Positions 1 to 12,888 of a stretch of 64,000 nucleotides of DNA are shown piece after piece (position 1 is the stretch's first letter; each line of letters starts with the position of its first letter). A model generated the notes under the pieces. The model saw only the letters and a list, made by a program, of their open reading frames with translations. It searched no databases and was not told the origin of the DNA. The stretch is from Camelus ferus (taxonomy: Eukaryota). Made by a program: the position numbers and the translations under genes. The stretch is from positions 95,854,001 to 95,918,000 of the forward strand of contig NC_045697.1 of the NCBI RefSeq assembly GCF_009834535.1. The letters run 5' to 3'.

Positions 1-825
1 TCCTTATTGAAATACTTCAATACATAGAAATAAATAGAAAGGTATCTCTAGGAAGAATAATATCATTATTAGTTTTCTTCTCATCTGTAAATCTGATCTG
101 TAAATCAAAACAATTTCAAACAAAATCACAACCTTTGGGGGCAAGATAAATGTATGATGAAAGTGCAAAGGCTAAGATATCCTAAGAGACTAAGGTGAAA
201 AAACAACGTATCAGGGATTCTAGGGACTAATGTTATATTGCTTGGCCTGAATTCTGCACATTTATCACTGTGCTTTAAAATCTTTAAGGTATTTGTCATG
301 CTCATTTCTATATTTCAGTACTGTTTAAGTGTGCTTTTCTCATCTATAGCTGAAAGGAAAATTGTGAATAATTTCTAGACTAATTTCTAATTCCTGGCAA
401 AAATTCATACAGTAAATTCCTTTAGAACTCATGCTCCATTTTTTTTTCCTATACCAAATATTTCGATGGCTAACCCTCTGAACTGGTCAAACACTCGTAA
501 ACTGGTCAAATCCATAACTCTAAGACTCATTCCTCAGTGGGCTCAGGACCTTTTGTCTGAAAACCTTGTTCATAGAAATTTCATGTACAAAGGTGATTTC
601 TCCACAACATCTTCTTCAATCATTCATTTCCTTGAATTCTGAATGGATATAAAAATAGTAATACTGACTGAGTATGGGGAGAGGGTGATACAAAATATAC
701 AATAATGCTGTCTAAACTGAAAGTGCCCACAGATTAGAAATAGGATAGCCTACATTTTTGGTAGCCATGTAGGCAACAGAGAATTAACGTTTCATTATAT
801 TACCTCTGGAAAAAAGTCATCAAAC

Positions 826-1474
826 TGTTAGAGCAGGCAGAGAGCTAGATATGAGCAGAGAAAGGGGGACACAGACCAAATGGCAGGAATTGGGCAGAAA
901 GGAGGGGCACAGGCCAAATGCAGGAAACCACACATCATGTGAGCAGCAGGGATCCCTGGGCAGAGAAAGAAAAGCTGGAATCTTTGGGCTGATAAGGGAC
1001 CACACCTTTTGGCCTGGAAACCAACAAAGAAAGGTCAAAAAAGGCAGGAATTTCCAGTGTCCGAATGTAACCTTTTACTCATTATGCTCTCATTTCAATA
1101 AAATTAGCCTTGCAGATCAGAAGTACCCATCATGCACCGATGCCATGACACTTCCGATCCAGACTGAATAAGGACAAAAATCCCTCCTCCCTTTGGGAAG
1201 GTGGAGTTGGGATGATAATCAGGGAATACGAACCCAAACCCTTCCCTCCCCGATGAATATTCCGCCCATTCATTTTTACACCCTATGTAACTAACTTGCC
1301 AAAGAAACTCAGGGCAGCTGCTCACCTGAGCCTGCCCGCTCTCCCCTGAGAGTGTACTATGCATCCCTTAATAAATCCTCACTTTACCTTTTTAACCTCT
1401 AAGTCTTGTTTGTCTCTGAATTCTTTCTGGGACGGGACAAGAACCTGGAACACCCGTTGCATCTATCGGCGACA
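826..1474 (+). mobile_element. ERV1-class solo LTR (copy A)
   Basis: TGTTAG...GACA termini; 4-bp TSD AAAC at 822-825 and 1475-1478; AATAAA at 1370-1375; near-identical to 7691-8349; no primer-binding site downstream. Confidence 0.92.
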
Positions 1475-2734
1475 AAACCATAAGCAAACCACCTATTGAA
1501 TCCTTTGTCCATTTATTTTAGACTGTGAGGACTATATCTACATAGTCTCAAACATTAAAGATTTCTATGGATTGACATCTTTTGCCTGCTTTTATTAATA
1601 TCTTAGTAAAATGTCGTGAGAAACAATATCAGAGATAAACAAAGGATATAAGCCAGAGCCTTCATGAAAATTCTAAGGTTACACTTTCATGTTTCTGCTT
1701 CATCTTTTGCAAACCGTAACATCTATACTGACATGTTTTACACTGAATTTGGATCTTAAGGGTACATATTTTAATATCATGAGTTTATTATATATGCTAT
1801 ATCTGCTATTATATGACAATCACTCAGTTACCTAATTACTCATATGTGATCCTCTTTTCTTAAAAAAAAATCTTGCTTTTCTTGTATCTTATTCTTGATC
1901 AATTTGCATTAGTGATATTTATTTAAAATTGAGAGATTTTTAATGCTTTACATTTTCACTAGCCTAAACGGAGCAAAACTAACAAGAGCTCTTAGGTCTG
2001 TATGTTAAGTATGTATGTATTTATAGCCATGTGCTTTCTCTCCCACAACTATCCCTTGGCTCTTATTTGGTGATACAAGCTCAAATTCACTATGAAGTAA
2101 TATAGGAAGTAATACAGGAATCCCAAACATCTCACAGGGGGAAAAAATGATGATAGATTTTTGAATTTTAAAGAGCCAAGTTTGAAAGAAGAGCCTTTGC
2201 CTGGATTTTTAATTGTTAACCTCAATGATTAAATCCACTTCACTCCCCACATTACTTTTGAATAAATAGAGAAAATGTATTTAACAAAAGGTGTGTGTGA
2301 ATTAGTTATTTTAACAGGTTAGATAAAAGGAAATTGATTTATATCACTCTAATGTTTTCAAAGTAAAACTTAGATTGAAAAACTGTATATATTTTAATCT
2401 TATTTGAGAAAAAAATTGAAAGAAAGAACATATGGCTACTTTATAATGTAGAGTACTTGACACTACTTGAAAGAAACTCAAAATGCATAATGAGTTCAAG
2501 CAATAGCTTAAGCTTGGAGCTATGAATATAGGCTTGGTAATTTTGTAATAAGATTAGATGGCAAAATAAAATTAATTGGTTAGTCCTTTAAAAAAAAAAT
2601 CACTTAGCAGTAATTTCAATTGAAATTTACCTCTGAATAATTTCTGACCAGAATGAAAATATCAGAAAGGAAAGAGTAAGAAATATGTGATGTTGAACAG
2701 ATGAAACTGAAAATACCATTAATAACTTCACTTC

Positions 2735-3008
2735 ACTTCTTCTAGTCTTTGCTCAAATATGATTTTCACAGTGAAGCCTATCTGTGACTCCCTTTTAAGA
2801 ACTGCAACCTGCTCTACAGTTTTTTTCTTTAGCCTGTATTAATTTTGAACATTATTGACATATATCTTTTTTTTTCCTTTGCCTACCCACTAGAATGTAA
2901 AATCCACAAGTCCAGAGATTTTGGACTGTTTCTTTTGCTGGATTATCTCAGGCACTTAAAACAGTACCTAACGCGTGGAAGGAGCTTGGTAAATATTCAC
3001 TGAACAAA
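2735..3008 (+). mobile_element. LINE L2 3' end fragment
   Basis: L2 3'-end motifs CACTAGAATGTAA...AACAGTACCT...TAAATATTCACTGAA. Confidence 0.8.
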
Positions 3009-3235
3009 CAAAAGATAGAAAAGAAAGGAAAGAAAGAGGAAGAAAGAGGAAGAGAAGGAAGAAAAGGAAGGAAGGAAAGAAGGAAGGAAGGAAGGAAAGA
3101 GACAGAAAGAAAAAGAAAGAAAGAAAAAGAAAGAAAGGAAGGAAGAAAGAAAAAAGAAAGATAAGATAAAGAAAGAAGGAAAAGAAAGAGAAATTGAAAG
3201 AAAGAGGGAAGGAAGGAGGGGGAGGGAGGGAGGGA
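3009..3235. repeat. GA-rich polypurine simple repeat (GAAA/GGAA units)
   Basis: About 225 bp almost entirely of A and G, directly after the L2 tail. Confidence 0.95.
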
Positions 3236-3899
3236 CATCACTTGTTCTACTGTATTGGTCCTATTCTCAGAAGATAAACTCACTTTTGGTAGATTCCTGT
3301 TTCGGCATAGATAGTATGTCAGGCTGACAGTCTGTCTCAGCATGGTTGCCCAGCATCCAGAGGTATGTCCAGATTTAGGGTGTTGACAGATTTGACTTTT
3401 TTTTTAAGAATTGGAGGAAAGCATCTGAATGTTAGATGTCCATTCCAGTTCTAATGCTTATTTAGGAATCTCAGAGAAATTGCACTTGCTAGCAGAGTCA
3501 AAAAATGCTAAGCTTTCCACTTTCTTCTGTGACTACCTTCTATTTGAGCAGCATTTCAAAGTAGTCTGCAGTTATATCTAAATTAGGTGTTTTCATAATC
3601 CATCCAGATAGCTAACATCAACAGTGCCTTCTGAGATTCCACAATCATGTGTTATCTGAACCCAATTCCCTGACAGGGACCTGATGGTGATGTCAGAAAG
3701 TGCAGGTTCCAATACCAGGTAAACAATCCATTCTAGCATTTATGGACGAGTTCTCCAGCTATGTCCGGATCACAGGAAGTTCTAAGCTTTAGGGAAGGGC
3801 CCTGCTGTCATCACTAGGTTGTCTGAACTGGCCATTCTCCCAACTCATAGGTCCATCATACCCAGGATCTCACCTGCATCCTCTCTGATCAAGAAGTGC

Positions 3900-4185
3900 C
3901 TGCTTGAGACAGCAGCCTCTGTGGTCAGACTGCTTGGTTAGTTCCCTGAATCTCTCCCTTGTTCAGAGCTACTGGACAGACTGGGGCCCTTACAATACTG
4001 ATTGCACTAAGAGCTTCAGTAAATTTCCCAGCTTTTCTTTTGCATGTTTTCCTCACCTATGAGGTAGGAAATAGTAACAATATTCATAGGATTCTTGTGA
4101 GGATGAAGGATATAATGAACATGTGACTAAAAAAAAATGCATCGCAGGGTAAAAGTGTTCTATGAATTTTCATTATTGTTATTAC
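3900..4185 (+). mobile_element. MIR SINE (degenerate)
   Basis: MIR core-like TTTCCTCACCTATGAGG...CATAGGATTCTTGTGAGGAT, ending in TTATT-like tail. Confidence 0.65.
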
Positions 4186-4262
4186 CAAATTTGGAATATG
4201 CAATTCTTTGGTGCAAGACCTCTCAGGAGTCTAGGATCTGATATCCCTAAGTGAAACATGAT

Positions 4263-4450
4263 GAGATTGCCAGATAGAATACAAGACATCCAGGTATATT
4301 TGAATTTTGCTGAACAACAAATAATGTTTTAGTATAAGAATGTCCTAATGTTGCCTGGGATATCCTTATACTAAAATATTACTTGTTGTTTACTTTGAAT
4401 TAAAGCTTAGTTGGGTGCCCGGTATTTTACTTACAAAATCTGGCAACCCT
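4263..4450. mobile_element. MER53-like palindromic hAT MITE
   Basis: Termini GAGATTGCCAGAT / ATCTGGCAACCCT; element is a long imperfect inverted repeat; 8-bp TSD AACATGAT (4255-4262) / AACATAAT (4451-4458). Confidence 0.85.
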
Positions 4451-5599
4451 AACATAATGCCATTGACCCTGGGTCTCTTGCCACCTCCAGGTCACCTATC
4501 TTCTTGTGATTCACAGATCTCTCTTCCTCTCCCAAGATCTGGAAATGTTTTGTGTGTGTCCAAGTCACTGGGAAGTGCAGAAGAAATCACCCCTTCATTT
4601 GGGCTCTGACTGTTACTCAACATTTAAAGACGTTTTTACTTCAGACAATGTGAACTTTTCTACTTGTGCCAAATCCCAAAGGAATGAAATTATAAAGACT
4701 GGCTAGAATTTGAAATCATAGGCAAGAAAAAATATCAAACAAAGATTTTAGTGCAGTTTCATTTTTCTCTGTATTCATGTCTCTTAGCTATCAGTTTTTT
4801 TTTTTATCATTTTCTTTCACTAAAGGTGGTCTTACCTTAAAATTTTATACTTATCTTACAAATAACCTGGATAAAATTATATATTTATGTTACTCAGAAT
4901 TGAGAGATCAAAAAGTAATCTTTAGGAAATACTTACTCATTAAAAGAATACAAAGTATACTACATCTGTTTTTGATATTTTTTTAAATGATCAGAACATA
5001 CCAAACAATAAGCTCATGGAGAATCAATCTCTATTTTATCTGTTTTGTATCCTCTGAATATACCCGTTTATGGCACATACTGATTGTGTAATATTAGTTA
5101 AATAAATAAATGAATGTTTTACATTATTCAGTTATCTACAGTGAAAATAATCATGATTCTTTTTCAAACTGATCATTAAATATTAATAATACCCTACTGA
5201 TAGTTGAAATTAAGTTTTATGCAAATGATTAAATATTTACAAACACTTGTTGGAAAATAACGGAAACATAAAGTACAATAAATTGCATTATCACACCTAC
5301 TTCATGTAGAGTAAGTGCCAAAAATGCCACACAGCTCAGCACATGGGTAATTCAGTCCTTTTCCCTTTCATCCTGTCTCTCATAGCAAGGATGGATAGTT
5401 GGGGTTTATTACACCTATTATATTTGTACTGGCATTTAACAAATTATGGGAATGTTCTTCATTTAGATTTCTTTAGATAAAAGAACTAACACTGTCTTTA
5501 AAATATCCGAGAGCCTCTGCTCCTAAGGTTTTAATGAAGAAGAGAACAGGAACTTAGACGTGGGCACGAATGTCTTACTCATATAAATTCAAGAAGAAA

Positions 5600-6085
5600 A
5601 TTATCCAACCTATCATTAAGTGGGGCAACATGCTGGTCATTGAGGACCCACTGCATGAGCTACGGTCCCTGAGACATAGTGGATGAGCTACATCCCTGGC
5701 TTCCTTGAAAGAAAGGCTTAATGGGGGAGACATTCTACTGAGGCTGGAACAGGGCTAGACAAGAAATGGAGCTGGAGAGTTACACAGGAGATCAGCATTT
5801 TGAGGACTTTTTATGTTATACAAGCTCCTGAAACTTATCCTAAATGCATGGGGGAGCTGCTGGATTGTTTTAAAAAGAAAAGCATCAGATATATATTCCT
5901 CAAAGTCCTTGCCTGGCCATAATTTGGGGACTGGGTTGGATTAGAGCAGTTCTGCAGGTATGAGGATCAGTTACAGCTGTTCTAGAAATCTGGGTCAGAA
6001 ACCAGTTTGGTAGCAGTGAAAATGGAAATATGTTGGTTCATTTAAAATAAATATCAGAAGCAGAAATGATAGGACTCTTTCTTGA
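5600..6085 (-). mobile_element. LINE L2 fragment
   Basis: Degenerate similarity to antisense L2 3' region. Confidence 0.55.
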
Positions 6086-6626
6086 ATACCTGGAGGCTCA
6101 AAACACTCTGGATTTTGTTCAGCTGTTAGGATTTATAATGCTTTTGTTGTTGTCTATGCAAGAACTTAGAGGTTTCCTTTTGCTGGAGAAAAAAAAAAAA
6201 GAAATCTCATTGCCTTGAGAATTTTTAGTCACCTTTTAGGACTCAGCTTATAATAATTTTCTTTGTGTAACATTCTCTGGTGTCTGAAACTAAGTTTGGT
6301 CTCCCTGATGTGCAATTCAAATATATCCTGTAATTTTCACAACTCTTCTGGTGGCTACTAACTTGGTCCACAAACTCAAGGGTAGATTTTATCTGTATAT
6401 TGAATTGACTATTTTTAAGCCCCCATTCCATGCAAACTGCAGAAACTTTACCTTATTTGGTGTAAGGGTTTCCCTTCTCTTTCACTTGGGGCTGTGTGTT
6501 TATTTCTAGGAGTAGGGGTGGGGATTAGGCATCTTGTACCAAAAGTTGTCTGTCCATAAATTGTCTTCTGAGCACTCTATTTTACTGTATTCCCCATCTT
6601 TAGTCCACAAAGTTAACTGTGGAGCT

Positions 6627-6895
6627 AATAATAGCTAATATTTATAAAATGTTTGCCATGTGATAAGTAACAGTTCTAAGTTGGGTTTAAAAAAATATAC
6701 TTCAAACATTAATCACTGAATCCTTATAATATCCCCATAAGGTTGGTACTATTAGTGATTTCATTTTAAAGTGGGACTACTGAGACATAAAGAAATTTAA
6801 AGCAACTTGCTAAAGGTCTTGCAGCTTGTAAGTAGTGGAGCCAGGTCTGAATCTAAGCAGTCTAGTACCAGAATCTGCGATCTCATCCTCTACTG
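6627..6895 (-). mobile_element. MIR SINE, near full length
   Basis: ATAATAGCTAATATTTAT...ACTGAG...AACTTGCTAAAGGTC...GTAAGTAGTGGAGCCAGG antisense MIR pattern. Confidence 0.85.
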
Positions 6896-7690
6896 TCCAA
6901 TGCTCTGAAGTCTCATTCATGTCTGATTTCTGCTAATTTAATGCCACCTTAGGTACCTGGAAATTCTTCCATTTCCAAGAAATTCTGTGAGTTTTCTAAA
7001 GCTTCTCTGGCTTTAGCTAGTTTTCCTCTCTTTTCCTGACACTATCCAGAGGACTGGGTCTTGTTTAGCAGTCTTTAACTTGGAATCTGAAATATTAAGC
7101 GAAGTCCAAGGTTTTGTTTCACCTGCATCTGCCCCCTGGTGGGCATAAGTGGAAACTGCTGCTGTCTACAGGCGGTCCTAAGCTTAGGACTACTTCCATG
7201 GAAAATGCCTTCCAGCGCCCATTACTCCTAGTGTTCAAAGCATTCAGCATGTGATACAGTGATGATTATAAAATATGGGTATATCGAAAAAAACTTTGAA
7301 AGGCCAACAATTTCTTTTTGTATAAATAGAGAGATTCTCCACCTAATGGAAGAAAAATAGATCTTTAAATCTGTTCCTTGTTTGAGTTGGTTCCTGCGCT
7401 AACAATGAATTATTTCTCCTCAGTTGTTAGCTAGGAACTATAGTTCTTCAAATGTCAAACACGACTTAGGAGCCTGTGATGCTCTTAGAGCAATGCAATC
7501 TTGGACTGGACCTAAACATAAGGTAGGACAGGAAAGCACAGGCATCCTCCTGAACTAGTCCCCTCAAACGCACGTTGTGAAAACAGGAATCAGGATGAAC
7601 CTGAATACCTGTGAACACTGAGCTGTGATCACCATTTAGAACTTACCAGCCGATCACCCTCAAAAAGGATCACAGTTCCAGGTACTGTAC

Positions 7691-8349
7691 TGTTAGAGCA
7701 GGCAGACAGCTAGATATGAGAAGACAAAGGGGGGCACAGACCAAATGGCAGGAATTGGGCAGAAAGGAGGGGCACAGGCCAAATGCAGGAAACCACACAT
7801 CATGTAAGCAGCAGGGATTCTTGGGCAGAGAAAGAAAAGCAGCAACCTTGGGGCTGATAAGGGATCATGACTTTTGGGATGACAAGTGGCCTGGAGAAGA
7901 ACAAAGAAAGGTGAGAAAAGGCAGGAATTTCTCGTGTCCGAATGTAACCTTTTGCTCATTATGCCCTCATTTCAATAAAATTAGCCTTGCAGATCAGAAG
8001 TACCCATCATGCACCAAAGCCATGACACTTCTGATCCAGATTGAATAAGGACAAAAATCCCTCCTCCCTTTGGGAAGGTGGAGTTGGGATGATAATCAGG
8101 GAATACGAACCCAAACCCTTCCCTCCCCGATGAATATTCCGCCCATTCATTTTTACACCCTATGTAACTAACTTGCCAAAGAAACTCAGGGCAGCTGCTC
8201 ACCTGAGCCTGCCCGCTCTCCCCCTGAGAGTCTACTATCCAACCTTTAATAAATCCTCACTTTACCTTTCTTAGCCTCTAAGTCTTGTCTCTGAATTCTT
8301 TCTGGGACAGGACAAGAACCTGGAACACCGGTTGCATCTATCGGCAACA
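7691..8349 (+). mobile_element. ERV1-class solo LTR (copy B)
   Basis: TGTTAG...AACA termini; 4-bp TSD GTAC at 7687-7690 and 8350-8353; no polypurine tract upstream. Confidence 0.92.
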
Positions 8350-8749
8350 GTACCACAAAAGGTGAGATGGGAAGGAGCACTGAACACAGAGTTGAGGGTC
8401 CTACACGCAATATACATATGTACGGTCACTTAGAGCATCTCTGCTCTTGACAAATAGCGGGGAGCTGTATGTTTTATAGATATGCCTTATATAATTGTCA
8501 CAGATCAACCTACCAATGGCAATTAAAACAATTAAAGTCTAATTAAAACAAATCCAGTCTCATTCAAACTGAGGTTCAGAAAGATTACATATACTATCCA
8601 TCGTTATGCAGGAATTAGGAGCTGAACTAACATTCATACTTGACACATTTCTCTAATATTTTTTACTTTTTCTCTACATTTATTTTCAGGTGCATACAGT
8701 TTGAGACTTTCCCAATAAGACAAATATTATCTAATATTTTCTGTAAAAT

Positions 8750-9652
8750 GAAAAAGAAACAAAACTCTTTTACTTCTACTATTTAATTCAAAACTTGTTA
8801 TTAAATTGTTGTCTTCATTATTTTTTTGTCTTCATAAGTCATAATTGGTAAGTGTTTAGGAATGTTGTCAAATTTAGGAAAAATTAAGCTCCTTTCACAT
8901 GTCAGGCATTTCAGTTTTCTTAGGCAATGGCAAATCTTAAATACTGTTTGAATTTCACTAGCCCTTTTGTTGTCAGTGTTTTCATGGCAGTGTTTGATAT
9001 AGTTTCATGCAATCTTCATCAATGTTTGAATTTCTACACCATCAGGAATAAATTTAAATGTTTTTCCAAATTGTTTATTTGATGATTTCATAGTCAGATT
9101 ATCAAATAATTCAAGAGCTTCTTTGTTAACATCTCTTAAAAATTATCTCTTCCACTTAATTAACTGCTATATTTGAACTAACCTAATTTATATACCAGTG
9201 CTTGATTTCCAGATAATGTCTATTGATGCCATTGTTTTTATTATTTTATTACATTTAAATAATTATTTTATCTCAATTTTATAATAAATAACTTTAAAAG
9301 GGACTAAATAAGTTATCCTTTATCCTTTAATGAACAAATTAGAACTCTATAATTTCCTATTGTTTTATTGAGATGTTCCAAAATATTTTTACTATGAAAC
9401 ATTATTTACTCAAATTTTCTTTGACTAAATACTAACAATGCCACCCTGCACACCCTGCACATAAGAGGAAAAATTATGATAAAAAGATTGAGAATACTTT
9501 TAACCAATTTAAAATCATTTAAATATCATAATTTTGCAAATTTTATAAATATATACATTCATGAGAAAGCCCGCTAAAGCCTCAGAAGGCACCAAATATG
9601 TGAGGAACCTGAAATTTAGGTTTTATGAACTTCAACTGAGGATGGCGTGCCT
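8750..9652 (-). mobile_element. hAT-Tip100 (Zaphod/MER115-like) DNA transposon remnant
   Basis: Reverse complement of 9430-9652 resembles the Zaphod/MER115 terminal region as I recall it (GAAGTTCATAAAACCTAAATTTCAGG...TAAAATTTGCAAAA...GGGTGGCATTG); left boundary uncertain. Confidence 0.55.
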
Positions 9653-9698
9653 GCCACACTTTAGGATTTTTCTCATTTTATGAATTCTCCCTCTTTTC

Positions 9699-9967
9699 TC
9701 ATTCATTTTCTGGAGTGTAAAGGCCCTTCATATCCCAATGTAGACACTGCTGGTGTCTTTTTGGTCCTTCTTGCTTACAACACAAATCTAATATCCTTTG
9801 AAGCAGCAATTTGTCCAACTGAAGTATTCGTTTTAACTCCCTTGCAGCTGACAATGGTCAGTTCTGGTGAAGGAGGTGTGAGCAGAAGTCACGCGAAGCC
9901 TCAAAGTAAGCTCTTTAAAAGGAAGTGTCTTTGGTATTTTCCTCATTGTTGCCATAAGATTTAACCC
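9699..9967 (-). pseudogene. Candidate decayed terminal coding exon of an unidentified gene
   Basis: AG-preceded; one frame reads VKSYGNNEENTKDTSF*RAYFEASRDFCSHLLHQN*PLSAARELKRILQLDKLLLQRILDLCCKQEGPKRHQQCLHWDMKGLYTPENE*; GC higher than flanks; no repeat recognised. Confidence 0.4.
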
Positions 9968-10032
9968 CTAAATTTAACATTTAACCCCTAAGATTTAACA
10001 TTCCTAAATTCCTATTGTAGAAACGTTATTAC

Positions 10033-10401
10033 TCTGTGTTGAGGTGAGCCCTGTTTGGTTTGGCTGTCCTCTTCATAAGGAATCCCCTAAAATGCAGCCC
10101 AGTGGATGAAGCATTGATGCAGATTTCTAGAAACATCCTAGTTGTGACTTTCCAATTACCTACTATTGTTCTCTGCCAGTTTATATATCCTGGTGCTTCC
10201 TCTTCAGCCACAACATCATGTTCCAGAATTGCAAGGAAGATCAATGAAACCTCTAGACCCAAGCTGCGGTCACTCAGCTGGGTGTTCTCAGCCCTCACAT
10301 TGGTCAAGCTCACATTTAGACTTAGATTCACACACACCCCTGTTCTCTTTCAGTATTATCTTTCAGACTCAGTCCAAATGCTCTATTTTTGAAGATGGTT
10401 T
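10033..10401 (-). pseudogene. Candidate decayed coding exon (coiled-coil-like)
   Basis: AG|...|GTAATA bounds; contains the 102-aa ORF 10029-10337 (LTNVRAENTQLSDR); GC higher than flanks. Confidence 0.4.
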
Positions 10402-12664
10402 CTTATTTTAACAATAGAATTCTATCTCTCATAGCACTTTATCTGTGTTCCTTTTGGCAACAGGAAAGATGCCAAAAGAACTAATTTATTCCCAAAATAT
10501 TACTTAGCTTTTACAATTTATTAGAAGAGTTAAGCATTCATTTCATGCTGAAAAACACATTTCATTGCATCATGGAAGTAAACATATTATTTAGTCTCTT
10601 TCATTACAATAATGAAGATGAATAAAATGATGAAGATGATGATGAGAAGGTAGCAGTATAACTTTGTAATTAAATCTTATAAAATTTCTATGTCTGAGTT
10701 TTTTCCATTTTGAAAGGGGAAGGTAATATATTGGGCTATTATGGAGAGTAAATGAAATTATCCACATAAAACATTTAATATACAGTCTAGAATTTTAAAC
10801 AATTTTTAAATGTTTTTATTATTTGATACAAGGCTTACATTTGCATGTAAAATGAAGTAACAGAATATTAAATCTAGGCCATAAAGACCTGGGTGCTTTT
10901 TGTGAAAGAGGGAAATGAAATTAAGTTTCCATCTTTTTTTGGAAGAGGTCATAAGACCAAAATGACTAGAAAGCAATTAATTTATGAAATTTTTATCATG
11001 TAATGTACTTCATATGAAATCCTGTACTTCTTTCTAATTCTCAGTTTTTCCTCCAATAGTGCTAATGGCAAAATCTAAAGAAAGGGGAAAAAATTGCAAA
11101 CTCAATATAAACCTAACTTCTATTATTTAGGGAGCAATGAATGCAGATTAATGAAAATATAATAATTTGGTTTGAGCACTCATCTGCAAATAATATCTAT
11201 TTTATTACACTAGCGTGAATAACGTCTCATGAGAAAAGTTTCAGAAATACCCTTTTACTTTCAGTATTTCTGAAATTCACAAAATTGTATTCTTACACAT
11301 TTCCTGATGACAAATGACTTTGCTTTAGTATATTACATATACACATATATATTTGAGTCCTCTGCTTGCATCTGTCTTATCTTTATTTTATCTACAGTAT
11401 TACTTAGCACAGTTTCATACATAAGTAGATTGTGGAGTGAGTATTTTTGAAAATATAAATAACTTATTTTGGCTGTTTCTCCATGACACTTATATAGACA
11501 CCACCAGAACCACTATACTTATTTCTGTGACAACTACAAGTATACATTAAAATAAAAGTTTGAGTTTTAGACTCTTTTACAGTTTGTATATGGTATCTCT
11601 CTATACCTCCAGCACTTTGAAGTTTTTACTAAATCCAGTGATAAACTTTTATAACTTTGAGGAAACCTACAGTAAAACTAAATTTATGTACTCTTTTATT
11701 ATTTGATCAATAAAATATATAGGATAAATGAGAAATAGACTTGCTCAGCTTACAATTTGCCGCAGGAATTTAAGAAACACATTTCATGCAAGAGTCTAAT
11801 TAGACAATTTATATTTAAAATCAGAGACTCTTTAAATTGTATTCAATCACTCAAACCTAATAGTGTGATCAATTACATCCATCTTTTTTTTCTTAATGTG
11901 CCACAATGATATAGAGTTAAAATACATTTTAGAACTGCTGTATTTAATTCACTAATAAAATGCTCAAGATAATGCTATCTAAGGAAGATGTATTTATTAC
12001 TAATACTCAGATATGTAATTTCCTAAAAATTAATATTTACAATTTTGAATTCCAGCATTCAAGGCATAGTACAATATATGGACACAAAGTCATGGATATG
12101 ATTTTTACTCAAATATTCCCCAGCTATATGAAATTTTTAAATTTACATATAAGGAATTGGCACTGTTCTATTTACCACTATATACGTAGAGAGAATTTGT
12201 TTTGCCCCAGGAATATATTTTATTTTTTATTGTATTCGTTGTAAAACTATTATTTTAAGATCACAGGCAAGAAAAATGAGCAGCAAATGCTTAAATGTCT
12301 ATTTAAAAGTTAAACTACATGCTGTGAGATATAATGTTACATAACAATTCTAAGGAGTCACATATGACTCATTAGGTCCTTTTTATACAAATACAAAACT
12401 AGATTAAAACTGAGGATTTAAAAGCATGAAAAGTAGGTAGTATAAAATAAATATGTATGCTATGCCATGTTACAAGATATTTAATAATATCCTCAAGTTG
12501 TTATAAAGACCTGAGTATTTTTGGAGCAACATAAGTTATTGATTCTAAGTTTAAAAATGTGTATTCCATATTCTTCTTTCTGGAAGAAAGCATGAACAAG
12601 TATATTCTTTTAGATTCATACACCTTAACTTCTATTTTATTAACCATGCTATTTTTAAAAAAAC

Positions 12665-12888
12665 CTGAATTAGTACTTGATGCTTATTTTATCTTCTTTT
12701 TCTTATTTGGAATACAAAACCTATTTTTTGATACTTTACTGTATCATTTGGTCTTTATTGGGTTTTGAATCTTCACAACTGAATGTATCTAATTTTAGTT
12801 GTGGCATAATATTTTTCATTTCTAAAAAAATACCCCACTGTACGGATGAAACATACTTTTAATATGCTGGACATAAAGCTTTGCAGAT
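12665..12888 (-). pseudogene. Candidate decayed coding exon
   Basis: CCTTCAG| acceptor; ICKALCPAY*KYVSSVQWGIFLEMKNIMPQLKLDTFSCEDSKPNKDQMIQ*; alternative internal donor GTATGT near 12856. Confidence 0.3.

Noticed and set aside
481..510. Direct repeat AACTGGTCAAA x2 as an array or regulatory site
   Set aside because: Only two 11-bp copies; most simply a small local duplication
820..1364. ORFs of 72-110 aa here and at 7693-8202 as duplicated small genes
   Set aside because: They lie essentially within the LTRs; their similarity just reflects LTR identity
2948..3343. 131-aa Phe/Ser/Leu-rich ORF resembling a membrane protein
   Set aside because: Translation of the GA-rich microsatellite
826..8349. 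Full-length provirus
   Set aside because: Different TSDs, no primer-binding site or polypurine tract, no gag/pol/env, and the interior is ancient host repeats
10270..10400. Assignment of the fossil gene to ANKRD42/synphilin from CELDQ..RAENTQL
   Set aside because: Generic coiled-coil similarity that needs frameshifts; no ankyrin repeats found in other candidates
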